IMG/VR virus record: IMGVR_UViG_3300024254_000027
Coordinates: 1-27,524 of that record
From: a virus
Taxonomy: Duplodnaviria > Caudoviricetes
DNA length: 27,524 bases
Direction: 5' to 3' (one strand)
The notes beneath the pieces are model-generated. The model had not been told where the DNA came from. It did no database searches and was given only the letters and a program-made list of their open reading frames with translations. Below are positions 24,952 through 27,524 of this stretch, in pieces (the stretch's first letter is position 1; each line of letters starts with the position of its first letter). The position numbers and the translations under genes are program-made.

Positions 24952-25512
24952 TTATGCGAACATTCCCGCCATGATCATTGCAGAGATGATTTCACTACCA
25001 GCACCTACTGCAGCTCCACCAAGATTCGACCCACCTTGTGTGCCGATTGCCTCGGTGGGAGCGAAAGCCATTGCTGCGTTACCGAAGGTTTCTTCGAGGA
25101 TGCCTGCCGCACCCATTTGTCGGTTGGCCGCGGACTCGGCGCCTTGGAATTGAAGTTTGGCTACGGTCTCGTCTGTTTGAGTATCATAATTAACATTATA
25201 ATCAGACAACGCCTTCATCATATCTGTCGACATCGACATACCAGATGCGGCAAACTTATTCTGGATTTGACCAAACCCCGTTTGCTGGTTACTCTGTGCA
25301 CCAGCTCTTATAGCAGCAATCATTTCGGGGGTAACTGTAGAGGCGCCTGCTCCCTTACCTTGTGCAGCATCGGTTAAGGCTCCAACACCTGCCGCCCCAG
25401 CCCCCCCTTGTCCTCCAAACAACGTCTGGAACAACGAATTCATCCCAGGCATTATCGCTGCTGGGGGTTTAATCGGAACTGCAGTCGGTTTACTCCCACC
25501 AAATCCTGGCAT
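24952..25512 (-). CDS. Probable small ejection/pilot protein
   Basis: Gly/Ala-rich with hydrophobic C-terminus; follows the GNAT as in podovirus ejection cassettes. Confidence 0.6.
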   Translation of the reverse strand: MPGFGGSKPTAVPIKPPAAIMPGMNSLFQTLFGGQGGAGAAGVGALTDAAQGKGAGASTVTPEMIAAIRAGAQSNQQTGFGQIQNKFAASGMSMSTDMMKALSDYNVNYDTQTDETVAKLQFQGAESAANRQMGAAGILEETFGNAAMAFAPTEAIGTQGGSNLGGAAVGAGSEIISAMIMAGMFA

Positions 25513-26063
25513 TACTGCACCTCAGGTTTAATGAAGTTGGATTGTAACAACCCGAAGATATCTTCGTCATACCACTTGCCTTTGTAGAGGATGGCTTCTT
25601 TCAGGGAGCCCTCGTAACGGAATCTCAATTGAGTAGCTAACCTCTTCGCAAAGGGGTTATATACGGGAATCATCGCAGACACGCGATGACATCCATAAGT
25701 AGAGAAAATCCACCCCAGGGCTTCCTTAGCTGCCTCCACCATTCTTGAATGGGGGTACTTCCTATCCCAGATACAGAAGTGAACGTTAGAAGAGGTTGAG
25801 TTCTCGTAGAGGTCGTTGATGATTGCGATGCCGGCGTCTTCCACTAAAAAGTAGAAAGTGGTCTCATTGATTAACCCTGCGAGGAATAGCTGAGGGTTGT
25901 TGATCGTAAAATCGTCAAACGCATAATCCTGGGTGCGTATCTTCTCCCAAACCTCTTGAATGAGTTTGGGGTCGCTCAACCTCGTTAACGGCTCTAAAAA
26001 ACGAAAACTCGGTAATTCACGTTGATCACGTTCGCTTGCAGAAATATTTGTCTCGATGTCCAT
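25512..26063 (-). CDS. GNAT (RimJ/RimL-like) acetyltransferase-fold virion assembly protein
   Basis: HRVSAMIPVYNPFAKRLATQLRFRYEGSLKEAILYKGKWYDEDIFGLL. Confidence 0.8.
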   Translation of the reverse strand: MDIETNISASERDQRELPSFRFLEPLTRLSDPKLIQEVWEKIRTQDYAFDDFTINNPQLFLAGLINETTFYFLVEDAGIAIINDLYENSTSSNVHFCIWDRKYPHSRMVEAAKEALGWIFSTYGCHRVSAMIPVYNPFAKRLATQLRFRYEGSLKEAILYKGKWYDEDIFGLLQSNFIKPEVQ

Positions 26064-26335
26064 ACTCCAGCTCCAATTTTGAAGTCTACGTAGTTATCCT
26101 TCCATACGAGTAACCACCCCGTAGGGACTCTTCCCAAATTATGGGTTAGTGTGAAGTCTGTGTTGATTACGCCTGGGGTAATTCCCGTCACCCAAGCCCC
26201 GTTAATGTTTACAGGTTTCTTGTTTTTAGCATCCCCGAACTCGATGCCGAGGTTGATGGCTCTTATGAGTGCGGAGAGAAGATCAGCCAACTCCCGTTTT
26301 GATAAATCCTCCCGAACTATATTGTTGACCTGCAT
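25994..26335 (-). CDS. Small tail-associated protein
   Basis: TAATG-coupled; beta-rich THNLGRVP motif. Confidence 0.6.
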   Translation of the reverse strand: MQVNNIVREDLSKRELADLLSALIRAINLGIEFGDAKNKKPVNINGAWVTGITPGVINTDFTLTHNLGRVPTGWLLVWKDNYVDFKIGAGVWTSRQIFLQANVINVNYRVFVF

Positions 26336-27492
26336 TAGGTGCCTTCAACTTTCTCACCCGCAGTATCTTCAAACTCAGGGAGGAAGCCTAGAAGGGATAC
26401 TGCTCCTCCTCCTGCCGCTCGAGTGATTTGGAGAGTGATTAACTCACCCGCTATCTGCACATCGAAAAACCCTGTACGCTCTGTTAGGTCTGCTGTAACC
26501 GTACCTAGAGAAGAGTTTGCAGTCTTGCTGTCGAATGAATCCGGCCCTACACTTGGCCGAGGGGAGGAGACAGTTGCCGTAAGTACTGCAACCCCATAGT
26601 TCTCATACCAGTATCTGATCCGCCTTAACTTCTTCTCAAACCCGGGGTTATCCCAGATTGTGCCGTTGAAGATTAAAGTTCCTGCTTGTTGGCCGTTGAG
26701 GTTTGTCGGGTCTAAGTACTGTGTTATCACAACAGGAGTATTGTCAACAAACGAGAATAACAATCTGCGGATGTTGTCGGTAATAATCCCTACTGGTATG
26801 AGGGTTACCGAAGGTCCTTGGATGATAGTACTTACAGTTCCAATTCCTGCCGTCCCGATGTTCAGAAAATCTAAAGCCAACCCTACACTCGTCGGGTTGA
26901 ACGTAACGTTGAACGTGGTAGTTGTACCTGGGGTTAGAGTTAGAGGTAATCCAGGAAGACCTGTTAAAGCGAAAGGCAATCCTGTCCCCAAAGCGATTGT
27001 GTTGATTACCACATTCGCAGACCCAACGTTCTTTACCGTTATAACGATCGGCGTAGCCGAATGAGTTACGATCGTGGTGGGGAACGTAATCGGCCCTGGA
27101 GAAACATTTAACGCTCCTCCCGCTCCCGGTGCCGTTCCTGAAATTGCTGCGCTGTAGGGAGCATTATCAACGCCAGGAGAAGTTGTGATGTTAAGCGTGT
27201 CATTAAACGTCCCTGCGATAGTAGGGGAGAACCTAAGTATGAAGGTAAAACTATCACTGGGTTTTAAGGTCTTTGGTAGAGCAGGCAGTCCTACTAAACT
27301 ATAAGGCACTCCTCCAACGGTGATCCCAGTTACAGTAAACCCCGTTCCACCATTGTTCGAAACCGTGATTGATATATCTGCGGTACTTCCTACCGCAACT
27401 GACCCGAACCCTAGTGCACCGGAAGGGGAGACTAACAACACTCCAGGATCAAACCCTCCACCTCCTCCGTCAATCGGTGGTGTGATAGGCAT
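26335..27492 (-). CDS. Virion protein with two ASH/choice-of-anchor-D Ig-like domains
   Basis: Two repeats of L.F..V.VG...ITV.N.G...I..I...PF.L.G.P.LP.TL.P...TF...F.PT..G...D.LNI. Confidence 0.75.
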   Translation of the reverse strand: MPITPPIDGGGGGFDPGVLLVSPSGALGFGSVAVGSTADISITVSNNGGTGFTVTGITVGGVPYSLVGLPALPKTLKPSDSFTFILRFSPTIAGTFNDTLNITTSPGVDNAPYSAAISGTAPGAGGALNVSPGPITFPTTIVTHSATPIVITVKNVGSANVVINTIALGTGLPFALTGLPGLPLTLTPGTTTTFNVTFNPTSVGLALDFLNIGTAGIGTVSTIIQGPSVTLIPVGIITDNIRRLLFSFVDNTPVVITQYLDPTNLNGQQAGTLIFNGTIWDNPGFEKKLRRIRYWYENYGVAVLTATVSSPRPSVGPDSFDSKTANSSLGTVTADLTERTGFFDVQIAGELITLQITRAAGGGAVSLLGFLPEFEDTAGEKVEGT

Positions 27493-27524
27493 TACGACAC
27501 CGCCACACTCCCCATCCAGTTTAA

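Noticed and set aside
16706-27064. Numerous plus-strand ORFs opposite the virion genes
   Set aside because: Antisense shadows of long coupled minus-strand genes with no recognisable motifs
1-27524. Stop-codon reassignment or programmed frameshifts
   Set aside because: Recognisable genes are full length in the standard code and tile densely with ATGA/TAATG overlaps

Overview
The window is a 27.5 kb piece of a tailed dsDNA phage genome with two convergent arms. The + strand arm (about 1-15.9 kb) is early/replication genes. It holds a Cas4-like PD-(D/E)XK exonuclease, an AAA_24/Sak4-like ATPase that appears circularly permuted, a DUF669-type SSB, a UDG-fused family A DNA polymerase, a DUF3987-type helicase, GroES and two homing-type endonucleases. 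It also carries a dispersed 7-deazaguanine DNA-modification pathway (folE, queD, queE, queC, and a TGT/DpdA-like transglycosylase). The - strand arm (about 15.3-27.5 kb) is a podovirus-like virion module: an Ig/ASH-domain tail protein, a GNAT, three candidate ejection proteins and a PurD-like ATP-grasp cassette. The most novel-looking signal is at the junction of the arms. A 40-aa secreted Cys-rich peptide missing from the ORF track (CC-x4-C-x5-C) lies head-to-head with a multi-pass membrane protein. The two share one palindromic ribosome-binding site, and a copy of a phage promoter motif (GTGCTY-N17-TATAMT) lies upstream on the peptide strand. Other highlights are the permuted ATPase, a QueE with a C-x33-C-x9-C cluster motif, a five-hairpin intergenic RNA and a polymerase with many active-site substitutions. 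All family calls come from reading motifs by eye; no database search was run.
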